Of a DNA stretch of 64,000 nt, positions 1 through 10,418 are shown piece by piece. Location: positions 8,367 through 72,366 of the forward strand of contig DASUFP010000076.1 in assembly GCA_036274495.1 (NCBI GenBank), written 5' to 3'. The notes below the pieces were generated by a model. That model was not told where the DNA came from and did no database searches. It saw only the letters and a program-made list of their open reading frames with translations. Origin of the DNA: Bacteroidia bacterium. Lineage in GTDB: Bacteria; Bacteroidota; Bacteroidia; AKYH767-A; OLB10. The translations under genes were made by a program, and so were the position numbers. Position 1 is the first letter of the stretch, and each line of letters opens with the position of its first letter.

Positions 1-1760
1 ACATTGCGGTAGTATTTACGCATTCATTATTGAAATTAACCGTGTCGTCGGTCGACCAATTTTGGCATTTAAACTGAATGCCGGGCCACGAGCTAGTATA
101 ATTTGTCTCAAAATCAATGACTTGCGAATGAATCTCCTCCAAACAACCCCAAAAAAAGTTCGAACTCCTAAACATTAGATATAACTGACGCGATTTTTCA
201 TCATTTTGAAAATCCGGTGCATTTTCAACACAATTATAATCTGTTGAAATATAGGTAATTGCGGAAATAATCGGATTGATTTTCAGAGTTCGAAGTGTAT
301 GGTTTTCATGGATGTACTGTAAACCATCCGGAAAAACGAGATTTTGAAGCCTGACCTTTCCATTATAGTCTGATATCTGCCACATATTCAATAAATTAGA
401 AGCTAATTTAGTAGCTTTTTCAAGCATAATTTCCAAGTTAGAACCATTTGGAGCTAAGGATTTTAGACTTACTTCAATTTCGGTTATTTTCTTCCTGTGT
501 GACGCTGAATGCTTCTGAAAGAGTTCCGGAGTGATTTTACTGGTGGCCAAATTGAACTCCATTGTCTCCAGTTCGTTTTTCAATCGAGTAAGTTCGTCTT
601 TCATCGGTTTTTCCCTGGCTGTATCGCTGGCATGCAACATCACATGGGTAGCTTCCAGATGAGATATAATTACAGGAATCAGAGATGTCTTGATTGATAA
701 TTTCGAGAGTTCTGCAGTGAACAGATCATGCAACTTGAGATTCCTGATGTTAACGCAACACCCAGTATCAGGGCACTTGTAATAAACGTATTTGGACCTC
801 AGCGAGTAGGCTGTCAATGGACGATTGCAAGTACCACAACGAACCGATGCCTTTAGCGGCATTTCCTCATTTTCACGATTCATTTTCCAGCCATGACTAT
901 TTTTATTCAAGATGCCATTAACACGCAGGAAAAGCTCTTCACTGACGAGAGGCTCATGTTTTCCACGAACTATTTCGCCATCATCCAGTAATGTGTTCGT
1001 AATATAGCCAGCATAAAAAGGATTTCTAAAAATTTGAGACAGCCGCTGTGGAGTTAGGTGTAGGCCCATTTTTTTAAGCCTGTCAATGATTTCTGTATAG
1101 TTAAGATTTTCACGGTCTTTCCAATGAAACGCCTGTCTCAGTTTAATGCCATCATCATTGATAAAACATTGGGGCTTGTCCAGTATATGCTCTTTTTTTC
1201 CTGTTACATATCTTTTTTCGTAACCAGTGGTTGGATGTCCAATCCATTCACCCCGTCGTAATTTGTTACGCTGTCCCAAAATGATTCTGTCACGCCGTTG
1301 GTCATTTTCCCATTTAGCGAAAAGCACAAATAAACTCTGCGAAAACTGACCACTTGATGTCTCGTCATCCACTCTTTGCCTGACAGAATGAACTCTGATT
1401 CCTTTTTCCCGAAGTTGCTTGAGCAATCCAACATCACCTGACCTTGTAAATCGATCATAGTTGTGAACGACTATATGCCCTATGTTCTCTTGCTCACAAA
1501 AAGCCAACATTTCCTTAAACACTTTACGATCATCGGTTTCAGCTGACTCTTTTACGAGATAGGTTTTTATAATTTCAAAATCAAACTCTCTACAAAGATT
1601 CACGCATTCAGCATCCTGCTGCTCAAGAGTATCTTGTTTTTCAGACGAGCAACGATTGTAAATGACTGTCCTTTTGTTTTCAGACGATTTGTTACTTGTG
1701 CACTTTACAGCAAATTGCTTTAAATAATTTGAGTAATTTGTATTTCCAGTTGTATTCATG
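1..1760 (-). CDS. Large serine recombinase, 5' part only; start codon at 1760 and the C-terminus lies beyond the left edge of the window. Not in the supplied ORF track.
   Basis: Manual translation of the reverse strand from the ATG at 1760 gives an unbroken reading frame of more than 586 codons. It begins MNTTGNT...VIYNRCSSEKQ, which is the catalytic-Ser motif of resolvase/serine recombinases. It continues IVVHNYDRFTR, the second resolvase motif, and later has a Cys-rich ribbon CGTCNRP...YYKCPDTGCCVN typical of the large serine recombinase zinc-beta-ribbon. The listed ORFs 509..697(+) and 1204..1458(-) are in other frames inside it. Confidence 0.8.
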
Positions 1761-1795
1761 GCTTTTTTCTCAATAAATAGCCGGAAAATTTATAA

Positions 1796-1981
1796 TCACT
1801 TTTTATCAACTACATTTTTAGTAGCCGCATCATAAAGTATCAACGAAAACTCCTTCAAAAAAGCAGCAACTTCCTTCAATTCGTCATCCGAATATTTATC
1901 CATTCCCGGAAAGGATCGCAACTGTTCATGAGTAAGTATATGCTCGGATTGTAAAAAATTATTATTTGCGATTTTCGACAT
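1796..1981 (-). CDS. Small hypothetical protein (61 aa) between the serine recombinase and the DUF2779-like gene; possible recombinase accessory factor.
   Basis: ORF track; position only, no recognisable motif. Confidence 0.3.
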   Translation of the reverse strand: MSKIANNNFLQSEHILTHEQLRSFPGMDKYSDDELKEVAAFLKEFSLILYDAATKNVVDKK

Positions 1982-1987
1982 TGTAAA

Positions 1988-3994
1988 TTATTGCATTTTT
2001 GCTCTCCACCCCTCCAGTAACATTACCATAGCCAATGTATCCAACTCGCAATAACGCAATAGACTATCGTGAATGCTTTTACGTTGTTCAACCGGTATTT
2101 CAGAAAACTGAAGATAGTTGTATGCAGTCATTGCAGTACCGCCATCGGCTAGCTCATCCATGTCTTTAACGAGCAGATCAAGAGTATCCTGGTCATAATC
2201 ATCAAATACTCGCGGCAGAGTTTTGTAGGGATTGTAATTTGTTTCAGGTGTTATCCAAACATGATCGTCAAAGTTCAAACTCCGAACTTCTTTATTTTTA
2301 CCATACACCCCGGCTTTCCCATATTTACTCTTCAAATAATCGCTTTCAGCAATGATGGCCGGAAGAATTTGTTTAAGTGAGTTGCTGCCTTTAGCTGCTG
2401 GCGAATAATAATATTGCAAGACCAGTTTATATAAATCAATCATATCCCGTGGGCCGGAATGGTTTCTTGACTTTTCATGAGTGATTGTATCAATAAAACT
2501 CATTAATTCCTTTTTATCAGCGGGCGCATCTTTGCTGGAATTTAGTTGCCAGTAAATCATGTTCAGGAAAGTATTTTCATGATTGTGGTACCGGAATACA
2601 CTTCCATTATCTTTTTTTAATGCATTTTTCAATTGTCGCACAAATTCAAAATTTGGAAATGTACCAGGTTCAAATGATAGAAATTGCGTTTCATGTCGAA
2701 CATTATAGTCTTTGTCAATAATATGATGGGAAAACTGAAAGGCGACACCTTCATAAGGTTTCATTCCTTTAAAAAAAGGAACAGCTACGGCCGAGGTTTC
2801 AAAGTCAATCATGTGCAATGGGAATGTCCAGGTATCCATTTCCCTTTTCAGACCTTCGGCATCAAAATAACTCTCACGTTCATTTTGTTTTACCCGATTC
2901 ACCTGTTCCATTCGACGTGAATGAGGTGTTAAACCGGGCAAAATGCTTGTTGATTTACCGGAAGGAATTATATCAGATTCTTCAATTTCATGAATAAAGT
3001 GTTTATTTTTTTTGACAAGTTCTGAAGTAAAATTTCTGGGACCGGCCAGACCATTCCATAATTCAGTAACTAATTCCATTTCAATTTTATCTGATCCTAT
3101 TGCCTTTTGCCAGCATTCAATAAAACCATCGCGCATATGGACAGGATCATCTTCATCAGTATAAAATTGACAGGCTTTACATTTTGAGCCGAGTGGGGTG
3201 GTGGTTTGCACATCATTTGTATAAATATCAGCTGTTTTCCAAACAAAATCTTCAAAACTGATATTTTCTATTAAATCTGTAGGTACTGGAAATTCGGTTT
3301 CAATTTTATCACAAATTTCATCCACGGGGACTGGAATCAATATTTGTGCTCCCAGGTCCTTTCGTTGTAGACCATCTTTTGAAATTATTTTAATGCGGCC
3401 GGCATTTGAATATACTTTAAAAAACTGAAGTAATCCATCAATATCGGTTGTGGCATCCTTATTTACAAGTATCAGATGCGTTTTGATTTTGAAATCATGA
3501 CCTGCTAATGCATTCGTAATTACATACCTCTGAAATGCGATATCATAAAGATATTCCACCCATTTTGACATCACGGCAGTGCCTTTGGCATTCAGGAATC
3601 GTTCTTCTTGGTCGAATGATTTTGCTTTTACTTCATAAATCTTAATCAAATTGTCCTCACGAACCAGCAAATCTACTCGGATAAATAAATTTTTATAACG
3701 AAACGCTGCTTCTGCAATTACGACACGGCCCGGCAATTTTAAACGCCTCTTTGTTTCTGTCACGGCCGCCTCATAGTCCAATGTGTCAATTGTGATCGAT
3801 TCATTGGCAGGGTCCTCACAGAAATAATATTTCGCGAGTTCTCCGACCTGGTAACCACCCTTGGCTAATGCAAGGAGAAATTCATCATCAAGATTTTTAT
3901 CCGCGTAAACGGACATTTTTCCGGTATAAAATAGCTTGCTTACACATTCAAGGGCCTGTTTAAATCTCGATTTTGTAAGATATCTGTTTTGCAT
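1988..3994 (-). CDS. DUF2779-like two-domain nuclease: N-terminal PD-(D/E)xK (RecB/Cas4-like) domain and C-terminal DnaQ/DEDD-like exonuclease-fold domain.
   Basis: N-terminus has FIRVDLLV...IYEVKAKS (a D...E-V-K arrangement) followed by AFQRYV, which resembles the QxxxY motif. C-terminal half has HMIDFETSAVAVPF...AFQFSHH, resembling the Exo I D-x-E motif of an RNase H-fold exonuclease. 668 aa. Confidence 0.5.
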   Translation of the reverse strand: MQNRYLTKSRFKQALECVSKLFYTGKMSVYADKNLDDEFLLALAKGGYQVGELAKYYFCEDPANESITIDTLDYEAAVTETKRRLKLPGRVVIAEAAFRYKNLFIRVDLLVREDNLIKIYEVKAKSFDQEERFLNAKGTAVMSKWVEYLYDIAFQRYVITNALAGHDFKIKTHLILVNKDATTDIDGLLQFFKVYSNAGRIKIISKDGLQRKDLGAQILIPVPVDEICDKIETEFPVPTDLIENISFEDFVWKTADIYTNDVQTTTPLGSKCKACQFYTDEDDPVHMRDGFIECWQKAIGSDKIEMELVTELWNGLAGPRNFTSELVKKNKHFIHEIEESDIIPSGKSTSILPGLTPHSRRMEQVNRVKQNERESYFDAEGLKREMDTWTFPLHMIDFETSAVAVPFFKGMKPYEGVAFQFSHHIIDKDYNVRHETQFLSFEPGTFPNFEFVRQLKNALKKDNGSVFRYHNHENTFLNMIYWQLNSSKDAPADKKELMSFIDTITHEKSRNHSGPRDMIDLYKLVLQYYYSPAAKGSNSLKQILPAIIAESDYLKSKYGKAGVYGKNKEVRSLNFDDHVWITPETNYNPYKTLPRVFDDYDQDTLDLLVKDMDELADGGTAMTAYNYLQFSEIPVEQRKSIHDSLLRYCELDTLAMVMLLEGWRAKMQ

Positions 3995-4026
3995 TCGAGG
4001 ATGGGTTGTAAAAAGTGAAGGTAAAA

Positions 4027-4650
4027 TTATTTTCGTTTTACATAAAAGAATAATAAGATATCGGGTGTTTTCATAATAAAGAATTTGTATATTTCTTCTG
4101 CATGTGTAACATCGATTGTATAAAAGGATGCTTCCTTTGAATAATTATGGACGTACTGTTCTTCAAGCAGAGTCTGACCAGTTATGGTTGCCTCAAAAAA
4201 TTCTCTATTTGTTTCTGACAGAAAAATAAAACAGGTTGGAAGAATACTCACAAATCTTTCATAATAAAACGAATCTTTTCCGGCTATAAATGGAGTGAAA
4301 GGTTTGGAATTATTTTTCATGGCGAAATCAAGTAGATGGTCGTTGTAGATTTGCTCGCGCTTTTGCGCTTCCAGATCGGTATGATGGTACATTTTACAGT
4401 TTTGAATTCCTTGGATTGTCGTCACATTTGACAAAATATCCTGAATAATAATCAGTTCATCTTCCGGAGTGGTATCAGATGAGTTTAATTTTTCAATTGC
4501 TATTTTCATTAGAGGATGTTTTTCGAATTCAATTTCTATTGCACAATTAAAACTAAGCCAGGATGCGCAATCAATATTGACCATTTCCAATTTTAAAATG
4601 GAATCGCCTTTTTCATTATGTGTGAAATAGCTTTGTAGTTCTACATTCAT
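4027..4650 (-). CDS. Hypothetical protein (207 aa), middle gene of a three-gene minus-strand operon.
   Basis: ORF track. Its start shares the ATGA overlap at 4650 with the upstream gene's stop, and its own stop is 32 bp from the downstream gene. No recognisable motif. Confidence 0.45.
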   Translation of the reverse strand: MNVELQSYFTHNEKGDSILKLEMVNIDCASWLSFNCAIEIEFEKHPLMKIAIEKLNSSDTTPEDELIIIQDILSNVTTIQGIQNCKMYHHTDLEAQKREQIYNDHLLDFAMKNNSKPFTPFIAGKDSFYYERFVSILPTCFIFLSETNREFFEATITGQTLLEEQYVHNYSKEASFYTIDVTHAEEIYKFFIMKTPDILLFFYVKRK

Positions 4651-5951
4651 TATTTTCGAGATTTAAGTTTTGTATTACTTTTTGTTTTGGTTTCAATTGG
4701 ATCACCGGCCGTTAGTTCCAGTTGTCTGATTGATTTAACTGCACTTCCGGCGATTCCCCGAATGGATGAGTAAATGTGGGTAGCATTCAATATCACTTTT
4801 TCAATTTCTTTCTGCCGTTGCTTCCAGATTGCATCCATTGCCCGCTTTTCGTTTAAAAGGTTTTTCTGCATTGTTGTAAATGCCTCAACTATGGCTTCCA
4901 TCTGCATCCGGAATTCATTACTCACCATGTATTCATATATGATTTCCATTTTGCTACCTTTATCTGATTGTGCTGTTTTCACGTCATTTAGTCGGATGAG
5001 ACTTTCACGTAATACATAACATAGTCCTTTTGCTTCCTCCCGTGAACATATCCAAATACCTTCCATCAGAGATAACCTCTCAACACCTTTCGGATATGTT
5101 TCCGTAACAAGAACGCCGATGTCAGCATTCCGGGCCCTCATGTCGGCCTTAAATTTGGGAATCCATGATGGCTGGAAATCCTTGGTTCGTTTGGTTTCAT
5201 AGTATATGGACCCGCAATTATGTTGCATAGTCGAATGGACAAAATGAATGCTGTCGCCACCTTTTGTACCTTTTTTGATTTCTTCGATGGTATCCATTGG
5301 AAAACATTGCCTGAGATAATCTTCTAGATTGGTCTCCATCACTTCACCTCGCAGTTGGCCTGAACCTTGGTCAGCTTTGCGCGATGCCTCGGTTAGTTGA
5401 GTTTTCAATTGCTGAATTACATGTTCCTTTTCCGCGACAAGCAATTCGTTTTTTGACTCCAAATCCTTTCTGATTTTTTTACGTTCCTGTTCGATTTCAG
5501 CTGTGATTCTTAATTCAGCTTCTGCTTCAATTTTTTCTTTTAGCGCTGTTTTTTCTCGATGAAGTTTTTGAAAATCTGCCTTGAGCTTGTTGAGTTCTTT
5601 TACTTCTTTCACTTTTTCATCCAACTGTTCCTTATAAGAATTAAGTTCATCGGACTTTTCAACCTGTAGTTGTTCCCGGATCATCTTTTCCTGTTTCACA
5701 CGTTCCGTGGAGAGACATTTATTAACTCCCAGCATTATCGCAGTATCGATTTCTGACTTCAGTTTTAATATTTCGGATTTCTCATGTTCTAACTTTACAT
5801 TTTTTTGCTCCAGTTCTTTTCTATCTTGTGCGAGTTTCTCATTCAATTGCCTGGAAAGCTGGGAATACATCTGAGTGTATAGAATTTCATTGACATTTAT
5901 AGCCTCATTGCATTGGGGACAGTTTATTGTGGTTTTTTCCATTTTATTCAA
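4650..5951 (-). CDS. DUF2130-like protein: N-terminal CxxC...C zinc ribbon, a long coiled coil, and a conserved C-terminal domain.
   Basis: Begins MNKMEKTTINCPQCNEAIN, a zinc ribbon. About 200 aa of E/K/L/Q-rich heptad-like sequence follows. C-terminal domain contains ADIGVLVTETYPKG, where acidic residues and a lysine could form a nuclease-like site. The family assignment is from memory. Confidence 0.5.
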   Translation of the reverse strand: MNKMEKTTINCPQCNEAINVNEILYTQMYSQLSRQLNEKLAQDRKELEQKNVKLEHEKSEILKLKSEIDTAIMLGVNKCLSTERVKQEKMIREQLQVEKSDELNSYKEQLDEKVKEVKELNKLKADFQKLHREKTALKEKIEAEAELRITAEIEQERKKIRKDLESKNELLVAEKEHVIQQLKTQLTEASRKADQGSGQLRGEVMETNLEDYLRQCFPMDTIEEIKKGTKGGDSIHFVHSTMQHNCGSIYYETKRTKDFQPSWIPKFKADMRARNADIGVLVTETYPKGVERLSLMEGIWICSREEAKGLCYVLRESLIRLNDVKTAQSDKGSKMEIIYEYMVSNEFRMQMEAIVEAFTTMQKNLLNEKRAMDAIWKQRQKEIEKVILNATHIYSSIRGIAGSAVKSIRQLELTAGDPIETKTKSNTKLKSRK

Positions 5952-6111
5952 ATTTAGTAACGCAAAGGTATGATATAATCATTGAAATAACCAACGATTA
6001 AATCAATGTTTTTAACATATATTTTATATATGATTGATTTACAATCATATAATTTTCGCTTTTATGTTCATTATTAGCTAAAAAGTTTTCGGAAATGAAG
6101 TGTTAAAAAGA

Positions 6112-6119
6112 TATTTTTG
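6112..6119 (+). promoter_or_regulatory. Candidate Bacteroidota -7 promoter element (TAnnTTTG) for the plus-strand defense operon, inside the divergent AT-rich intergenic region 5952-6136.
   Basis: TATTTTTG lies 18 nt upstream of the ATG at 6137. The same 185-bp AT-rich region must also carry the promoter of the divergent minus-strand DUF2130 operon. Confidence 0.3.
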
Positions 6120-6136
6120 TAAAATCTGATTTAACA

Positions 6137-6334
6137 ATGGCACAGAAAGTAAAAAAGGAAATAAAAGGAGGTGTCCGGAAAGGAGCAGGAAGAAAACCAG
6201 TGGCAGATCCAAAAGTGATGGTACCACTTTATATTGAAACATCAATAATTAGTGCCTTAGGAGGATTGGAAGAGGTGCGGAGTGCTTGTTATTCATTCAT
6301 AAGGTCCAAAATTGACAATAAAAAGCAAAATTGA
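6137..6334 (+). CDS. Small basic protein (65 aa), possible DNA-binding regulator and first gene of the plus-strand operon.
   Basis: ORF track. Contains GGVRKGAGRKPV, a basic AT-hook-like stretch. Ends 9 bp before the next gene. Confidence 0.35.
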   Translation: MAQKVKKEIKGGVRKGAGRKPVADPKVMVPLYIETSIISALGGLEEVRSACYSFIRSKIDNKKQN

Positions 6335-6343
6335 AGTATACAA

Positions 6344-7222
6344 ATGAAGGCTAAAAATAGTGTTGAAATTTCCCAGTCGCCAAAGCCGACGTTTTCAGGC
6401 CATGATTCGTTTGAATGCCGACAATTCTGGCTTAAGAAGGGATTTGATCATTTAATGGTCGAAGCAAAGTTCAATGATGAAGCAGTAGTTCCACTAGGTG
6501 TCGGACGAAATATGGTAAACGCGATTCGGCATTGGATGAAATCATTTGGTATGATAGATCAACACGATAAACTAACTGATTTTTCAAGAATAATATTTGG
6601 AAAAAAAGGATTTGATCCATATTTGGAAGATGAATCCTCCTTATGGCTCCTTCATTTTCAACTTGTGACAACTGAATTTGCTTCTCTTTACGGTTTAATT
6701 TTTAATGAATTCAGAAAACAAAAGCCCGAATTTACTAAAGAACATATAGTGCGTTTTATACTGACAAAATATCCAGGTTTCAATGAGAATACCATTGGTA
6801 AGGATTTTGAAACATTCACCAGAATGTATATTCCAAAAAGCAATGAAGCAGAAGAAAATTATGATGGAATCTTATCAGAATTAAATCTTGTTGAAGAAAT
6901 AAAGAAGAACATTTATGTTATCAAGAATGAAGATCGCCAACGAATCCCAGCAGAGATTATTTTGTATTGCATACTTCAGCAATCGAATAAAAAATCATTT
7001 GATTTCGAAAGCTTGCTGCTTGACAAAAATAGTGTGGGGTCAGTTTTCGCTCTAACAAAACAAGGGCTTGCAGATAAACTTGAGGAATTAGGCGAAAATT
7101 ATAAAAGGGAAGGCATTGTATTTAGTAACCATGCCGGAATCCGAGAATTACAGTTCAAGAAAACCTTGCCGTCTCCCAAAGAATTTTTAACGAATTACTA
7201 TAATCAAACTTATGCCGGTTAA
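6344..7222 (+). CDS. DUF4007-like protein (SspB-like candidate).
   Basis: 292 aa. Its stop overlaps the start of the large ATPase, with the PAPS-reductase-like gene next, which is the gene order of SspB-SspC-SspD modules. The call rests on context plus a vague sequence recollection; I have not verified the domain. Confidence 0.4.
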   Translation: MKAKNSVEISQSPKPTFSGHDSFECRQFWLKKGFDHLMVEAKFNDEAVVPLGVGRNMVNAIRHWMKSFGMIDQHDKLTDFSRIIFGKKGFDPYLEDESSLWLLHFQLVTTEFASLYGLIFNEFRKQKPEFTKEHIVRFILTKYPGFNENTIGKDFETFTRMYIPKSNEAEENYDGILSELNLVEEIKKNIYVIKNEDRQRIPAEIILYCILQQSNKKSFDFESLLLDKNSVGSVFALTKQGLADKLEELGENYKREGIVFSNHAGIRELQFKKTLPSPKEFLTNYYNQTYAG

Positions 7223-10200
7223 ATTCTCACCTTCAATCAATATTATTCGAGATACTGATCGTCAGTTCCGGTATGTTGTTACACAAAATGCTTCCAATAC
7301 AATTCAGCAGGTTATTGATGATTTTCATTTTGGATTTCATAGCAATATTATTATTGGTAGTTATGGAACGGGAAAATCCGCACTTTTAAAAGCATTTGAA
7401 CAATCACTTAAAGGCGAATCAAAGTATTTTAATGTTTCATCATTAAAAGTAAAACCATCAGCTGTTAAATTTATACGGTTCATTGGCGAGTATGAATCCA
7501 TCATACAATCGTTTGCTGACCATTTTGGCATAAAAAAGGTATCCAGTGGCCACCAGCAAATTTTTGATGCAATCTTTCAGGAATATGAAGAAGTTCGAAA
7601 GAATGGAATACTTGTAATATTCATTGATGAATTTGGAAAGTTCTTGGAATACGCTTCACAGAATCAAGTTGAAAAAGAACTTTATTTTATACAGCAACTT
7701 GCTGAATTTGTAAACGATCCAGATAGGAATATTTTTCTAATAACAACACTTCATCAGAATTTTGAAGCCTATTCTTCACGATTGGACGTTAATCAGCGGA
7801 ATGAGTGGAAAAAAGTTAAGGGTCGATTCAAAGAAATTACTTTTAATGAACCTGTAGAGCAATTATTGGCTTTAGCATCCTCAGTTATCAACAGCACTCC
7901 TGATAAAAAGCAAATAAAGAAGATACAAGAGCTTAACAAAATCTTCACTCAAAATTCTTTATTTAAGATAAATAGAGATTTTATAAACCAAATTAGTTCA
8001 AAGCTTTTTCCGCTAGATTTTATAACTGGTTGTTGTGCTACAAGAGCATTGCAAGAGTACGGTCAGAATGAACGCTCATTATTTACTTTCATTGAATCGA
8101 GAGATTTTCATAATTTGATTCGTGATAATCGTATCGCAAATCTTTCTTGGCTTTATGATTATTTGTTTTTGAATTTTTATTCATTTTTAAATTCAAAACA
8201 TAATGTACATTTCAATGGATGGTCAGATATAAAGGATTGCATTGAACGCGCTGAGACCGTATTGGTAAAGCACGTTGAGGAAGCTATAGCTATTATCAAG
8301 ACAATTGGCTTGTTGAGTATTTTTACAAATAAAGGAGCGAAAATAAATGAGGAATTTCTGATATCTTATTCCGCAACAGCATTAGATGTCTCGTCCGTAC
8401 CAGAAATTTTGAAGCAACTAAGTGCTCACAAAATTATAAAGTACAGTCGCTTCAATGATTCATTCAGGTTATTCCAAGGTACAGACGTTGATATTGACAA
8501 GGCATTAAATGATGAGGACAAAAAAGTTGAAAAAATTCGTGATGTTGCTTTGTCACTTAATAAGCATTTTGGTGCCATGCCTGGCGTTACCGCAAAGGAA
8601 GTCACCTACAAAACTGGAACAACACGCACTTTCAAATTTGATATTTCTGAAATTCCTAAAATTTTAAAAGCAACCGATGAAATTGACGGATATATAAACC
8701 TTGTAATTTCCGAGCATATATCAGAAATTCAATTGAAGGAACATTCTTCAAAGGATCGCGAAGCTAATCTTTATGGATTGTTTGGAAACTCCAAGAAGAT
8801 TAAATTTCACTTGCATGAGATTGAGAAGGCTCAAAACGTAAAAATGAAAAATACAGATGATAAAATTGTGCAGAAAGAGATGGAAATCATCATCAACAGT
8901 AATAAAAACTTACTGCATCATTATTTCATTGATGAAATATATTCTGATAGCGTCACATGGTTCTATAATGGGAAAAAGTTAAAGATTTCTAACAAAAGAA
9001 TGTTTAACCAGGCACTCTCCGAAATTGCTGCTAAAATTTATCCACTGACCCCTGTATTTAAGAATGAGCTTGTTAATCGCCACAAGATATCCTCATCAAT
9101 TCATACAGCTAGGAAAGATTTCTTTAATCATCTTGTGAATAATTGGAGTGAACCAAAATTAAGTTATGATGATAACTTTCCACCTGACAAAACTATTTAC
9201 ATTTCACTATTACTTGAAAATGGTATACACAAAGCTATAAAGGGAGGATTTGGACTTTATGGCCCGTCCAATCAATCTTCATTCGCGCCGGTGTGGGAAG
9301 CATGTGATGAATTTTTGAGATCAACTAAGCACGGTAAACGTCCGATATCTGAATTATATGACTTACTCTTGAGTAAACCTTACAAATTAAAACTTGGCTT
9401 GGCCGAATTTTTGATCCCAACATACTTGTTTGTAAGAAGAGATGATTACGCCTTGTTTGGAAAAAATGGTTTTATACCGGAAATGAATGAAACCACTTTA
9501 TTGCTTTTTGCCCGCAATGCTGAAGAATATATGATTAAAGCATTTGATTTGGATGGTGTAAAAATAGATTTGTTCAACAAATATCGGGAGTTATTGAAAT
9601 TGAAACCTGAACTCAATCCAACGAACGAGGATTTTATTCATAGTATTAAACCGTTCATGACATTTTACAGACAGCTTCCGGAATATTCAAAATTTACCAA
9701 AAAAGGTTTATCATCAGAAGCGCGTGCTGTACGCGATGCTATTATTAATTCTACTGATCCTGAAAAAACATTCTTTGAAGATTTTCCTGGGGCCCTGCAT
9801 CATACAACTAATGAATTAATAAAATCAAAAAAAGCATTACAGGAATATGCAGAACAACTAAAATCGGTAATTAATGAAATACGATCTGCACATGATGAAT
9901 TAATAAACCGGTTTGAAAAATTCATTTGTATTGATATTGTTGGCACTGAAATGGATTTTCAAGAATACCAGGAATTATTGCAAAAGCGTTTTAAGAATAT
10001 TAAGGACCATCTGCTCTTAAATTATCACAAATCTTTCTTAATGAGAGTAAACTCGCCATTGGACGACAAAAAATCTTGGCTATCATCAGTGGCCCAATCT
10101 TTAATTGGAAAATCCTTAGAAACAATAAAGGATGATGAAGAAAATATTTTGAAAGACAAATTTCGGACTATTGTGCATGAATTGGATAATTTCGTGGAGG

Positions 10201-10418
10201 TATCAGCAATCAAAGCTGATTCGGCCAGGGAAAAAGTTTTTAAGTTTGAAGTGACTGGCGAAAAAATGGTACACAAAACTTTTGTAAAAATTCCAAAAAC
10301 AAAATATTTAGAATTGGATAATATCGAACAGCAAATTAAGAAAATATTGAAAAAGGATAGACAATTAAATATTGCAGTTTTGACAAAGATTATTGAGGAG
10401 CAATTAAGAAATGAATAA
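7212..10418 (+). CDS. Large P-loop NTPase (1068 aa), SspC-like candidate.
   Basis: Walker A GSYGTGKS at about aa 50 and Walker B ILVIFIDEFGK at about aa 135. This compact spacing argues against an ABC/SMC-type ATPase. About 900 aa of unassigned sequence follow. Start and stop both overlap the neighbouring genes (7212-7222 and 10411-10418). Confidence 0.6.
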   Translation: MPVKFSPSINIIRDTDRQFRYVVTQNASNTIQQVIDDFHFGFHSNIIIGSYGTGKSALLKAFEQSLKGESKYFNVSSLKVKPSAVKFIRFIGEYESIIQSFADHFGIKKVSSGHQQIFDAIFQEYEEVRKNGILVIFIDEFGKFLEYASQNQVEKELYFIQQLAEFVNDPDRNIFLITTLHQNFEAYSSRLDVNQRNEWKKVKGRFKEITFNEPVEQLLALASSVINSTPDKKQIKKIQELNKIFTQNSLFKINRDFINQISSKLFPLDFITGCCATRALQEYGQNERSLFTFIESRDFHNLIRDNRIANLSWLYDYLFLNFYSFLNSKHNVHFNGWSDIKDCIERAETVLVKHVEEAIAIIKTIGLLSIFTNKGAKINEEFLISYSATALDVSSVPEILKQLSAHKIIKYSRFNDSFRLFQGTDVDIDKALNDEDKKVEKIRDVALSLNKHFGAMPGVTAKEVTYKTGTTRTFKFDISEIPKILKATDEIDGYINLVISEHISEIQLKEHSSKDREANLYGLFGNSKKIKFHLHEIEKAQNVKMKNTDDKIVQKEMEIIINSNKNLLHHYFIDEIYSDSVTWFYNGKKLKISNKRMFNQALSEIAAKIYPLTPVFKNELVNRHKISSSIHTARKDFFNHLVNNWSEPKLSYDDNFPPDKTIYISLLLENGIHKAIKGGFGLYGPSNQSSFAPVWEACDEFLRSTKHGKRPISELYDLLLSKPYKLKLGLAEFLIPTYLFVRRDDYALFGKNGFIPEMNETTLLLFARNAEEYMIKAFDLDGVKIDLFNKYRELLKLKPELNPTNEDFIHSIKPFMTFYRQLPEYSKFTKKGLSSEARAVRDAIINSTDPEKTFFEDFPGALHHTTNELIKSKKALQEYAEQLKSVINEIRSAHDELINRFEKFICIDIVGTEMDFQEYQELLQKRFKNIKDHLLLNYHKSFLMRVNSPLDDKKSWLSSVAQSLIGKSLETIKDDEENILKDKFRTIVHELDNFVEVSAIKADSAREKVFKFEVTGEKMVHKTFVKIPKTKYLELDNIEQQIKKILKKDRQLNIAVLTKIIEEQLRNE

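Noticed and set aside
509-1458. ORF-track entries 509..697(+) and 1204..1458(-)
   Set aside because: Both are in other frames inside the long minus-strand serine recombinase reading frame (1760 to beyond position 1) and have no motifs of their own. They are most likely spurious.
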